Origin: an uncultured Dehalococcoidales bacterium | GTDB taxonomy: Bacteria > Chloroflexota > Dehalococcoidia > Dehalococcoidales > E44-bin46 | NCBI GenBank assembly: GCA_964419575.1 | Contig: CAYQQD010000001.1 | Coordinates: 7,403 to 71,402 of the forward strand | Reading direction: 5' to 3' | Length of the DNA: 64,000 bases | Shown: positions 63,075 through 64,000 of the stretch, piece after piece | How the letters are laid out: each line of letters starts with the position of its first letter | Numbering within the stretch: the stretch's first letter is position 1 | The notes under the pieces: generated by a model | Database searches by the model: none | What the model was told of the DNA's origin: nothing | Seen by the model: only the letters and a program-made list of their open reading frames with translations | Program-made: the position numbers and the translations under genes

Positions 63075-64000
63075 TCAAAACCCTTGTTGTAAAACTTCAG
63101 CCAATTCCTTTCTGCTCAGGTCGGCTATCCCTAGCTCTTCGAGCGACCTTCCCTCCTTATAATAATCTGTCTGGTTTATCACCGAAGCCAACTTGATTGT
63201 AGCATCAATAATCGGAATGTCAATATTAAATTTATGTGCCAATTGTGCTGCCGGGACTAACCCGTAGGGGACATCCTCAGTTATAAACCTGCTTTTCATT
63301 GATGAAGGTTCGGTGATATTAGCCACAGTGCCCTCTTTATCAAACGGAGCCTTAAAGTAGACCGACATGATTGTGCTCTTTAACCAGAATGATTCCTCAG
63401 GACATTCAAGTAATTTTATACCAATAGCTTCCCCGACTCTGGCTACCTCTTCATAGACCGCTTTTATCGCCCTGGCTATGGACAGGGTGGTGCCATGCTT
63501 ATAAAAGTGGAAGTCCTTACCTAGGGTGTCAATCCAGCCGGCGTTTAGAATTGTCCCAACCGGGTGCACGATTGGATTTGGGTTGTTTAGCGAAGTCGCC
63601 AGAACGTTCTCGCCGGGAACCACCGGGTAAATAGGCTTTAATTCATTTATGACCCTACCTGTGTCCTTGGCTGGAAAGGCAGCTAGTAGCAGCTTCCAGG
63701 CGTCAACGAATATCTTTACTCTGGCTAGAGCTTCTAGCCGGCACCCCCAGGGAAGGGTATGTCCCTCGGCTAGAATAATATCTCTCTTCATCCCCTTTTC
63801 TCTTAACATATTAGCCAGTAATAGCGCCGAGTAGTTTCCCGGCCACATAACTATGGTCTGGCCATCCCTTAGGTAAGGCATTATGGAGCTAAAAAAGTGC
63901 TTGTGTCCCATGGCTGGAATAACCACCATAATATAATCAACGCCCTTTATTGCCTGCTCGAAATCTGTTGTCACCACCCCCGGCTTTACCACCCTCTCCT
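63075..64000 (-). CDS. octopine/nopaline (opine) dehydrogenase-family protein, 5' end outside the window
   Basis: 'HTLPWGCRLE' and the helical C-terminal domain pattern. The N-terminal Rossmann loop is missing and the frame is open to base 64000. Confidence 0.65.
   Translation of the reverse strand, partial: ERVVKPGVVTTDFEQAIKGVDYIMVVIPAMGHKHFFSSIMPYLRDGQTIVMWPGNYSALLLANMLREKGMKRDIILAEGHTLPWGCRLEALARVKIFVDAWKLLLAAFPAKDTGRVINELKPIYPVVPGENVLATSLNNPNPIVHPVGTILNAGWIDTLGKDFHFYKHGTTLSIARAIKAVYEEVARVGEAIGIKLLECPEESFWLKSTIMSVYFKAPFDKEGTVANITEPSSMKSRFITEDVPYGLVPAAQLAHKFNIDIPIIDATIKLASVINQTDYYKEGRSLEELGIADLSRKELAEVLQQGF

Noticed and set aside
1-64000. CRISPR arrays, rRNA genes, intact IS elements or prophage structural genes.
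   Set aside because: Reading through all intergenic stretches, I saw no regularly spaced direct repeats, no rRNA-like conserved blocks, and no full-length transposase or integrase. Only the fragments listed as features were found.

Overview
This is a densely coding 64-kb window from an anaerobe. The gene content resembles Dehalococcoidia-like Chloroflexota: a TAT-less reductive-dehalogenase homologue, Flx/Hdr-type electron-transfer genes, a glycyl-radical enzyme, His-type Thi4 and 2-oxoacid:ferredoxin oxidoreductase. That taxonomic reading is inference only. The genes fall into three long co-directional arrays. (i) On the minus strand, 5.0-21.4 kb holds a C_GCAxxG_C_C protein, two tandem giant HdrA paralogues each followed by an MvhD-like gene, FlxABC-like subunits and a fused HdrD-like protein. 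These run straight into an uncharacterised module of ligase, radical-SAM enzyme, methyltransferase and two small proteins. (ii) On the plus strand, 24.6-44.2 kb is a nearly gapless run of about 22 genes. It opens with an Rrf2 regulator and continues with an E1-like adenylyltransferase, two cysteine desulfurases, CysK, CysE, a transsulfuration PLP enzyme, a zinc-ribbon threonine-synthase-like enzyme and a free NIL domain. IscU follows, then Thi4 translationally coupled to an unknown protein and a GG-terminated ThiS/MoaD-like carrier. The array ends with a MacB/FtsX-type ABC pair, two odd lipoproteins, a DmsB-like ferredoxin interrupted by a GltD-like NAD(P)H module, a TAT-less DmsA-like molybdoenzyme, MOSC, a 32-codon membrane ORF and NadA. 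(iii) On the minus strand, 54.5-64 kb carries a glycyl-radical enzyme with an atypical Cys loop, its activase, two dehydrogenases, an ABC importer and an opine-dehydrogenase-like gene. Two scar zones contain only gene fragments around intact genes. The first (22.4-24.6 kb) flanks the rdhA-like gene. The second (47.2-52.7 kb) lies next to tRNA-Lys(UUU). A tandem glycine riboswitch precedes an M20 hydrolase / UPF0261 pair. I saw no CRISPR array, rRNA or intact mobile element. All functional calls rest on motifs read by eye and on remembered family signatures; no database search was possible.
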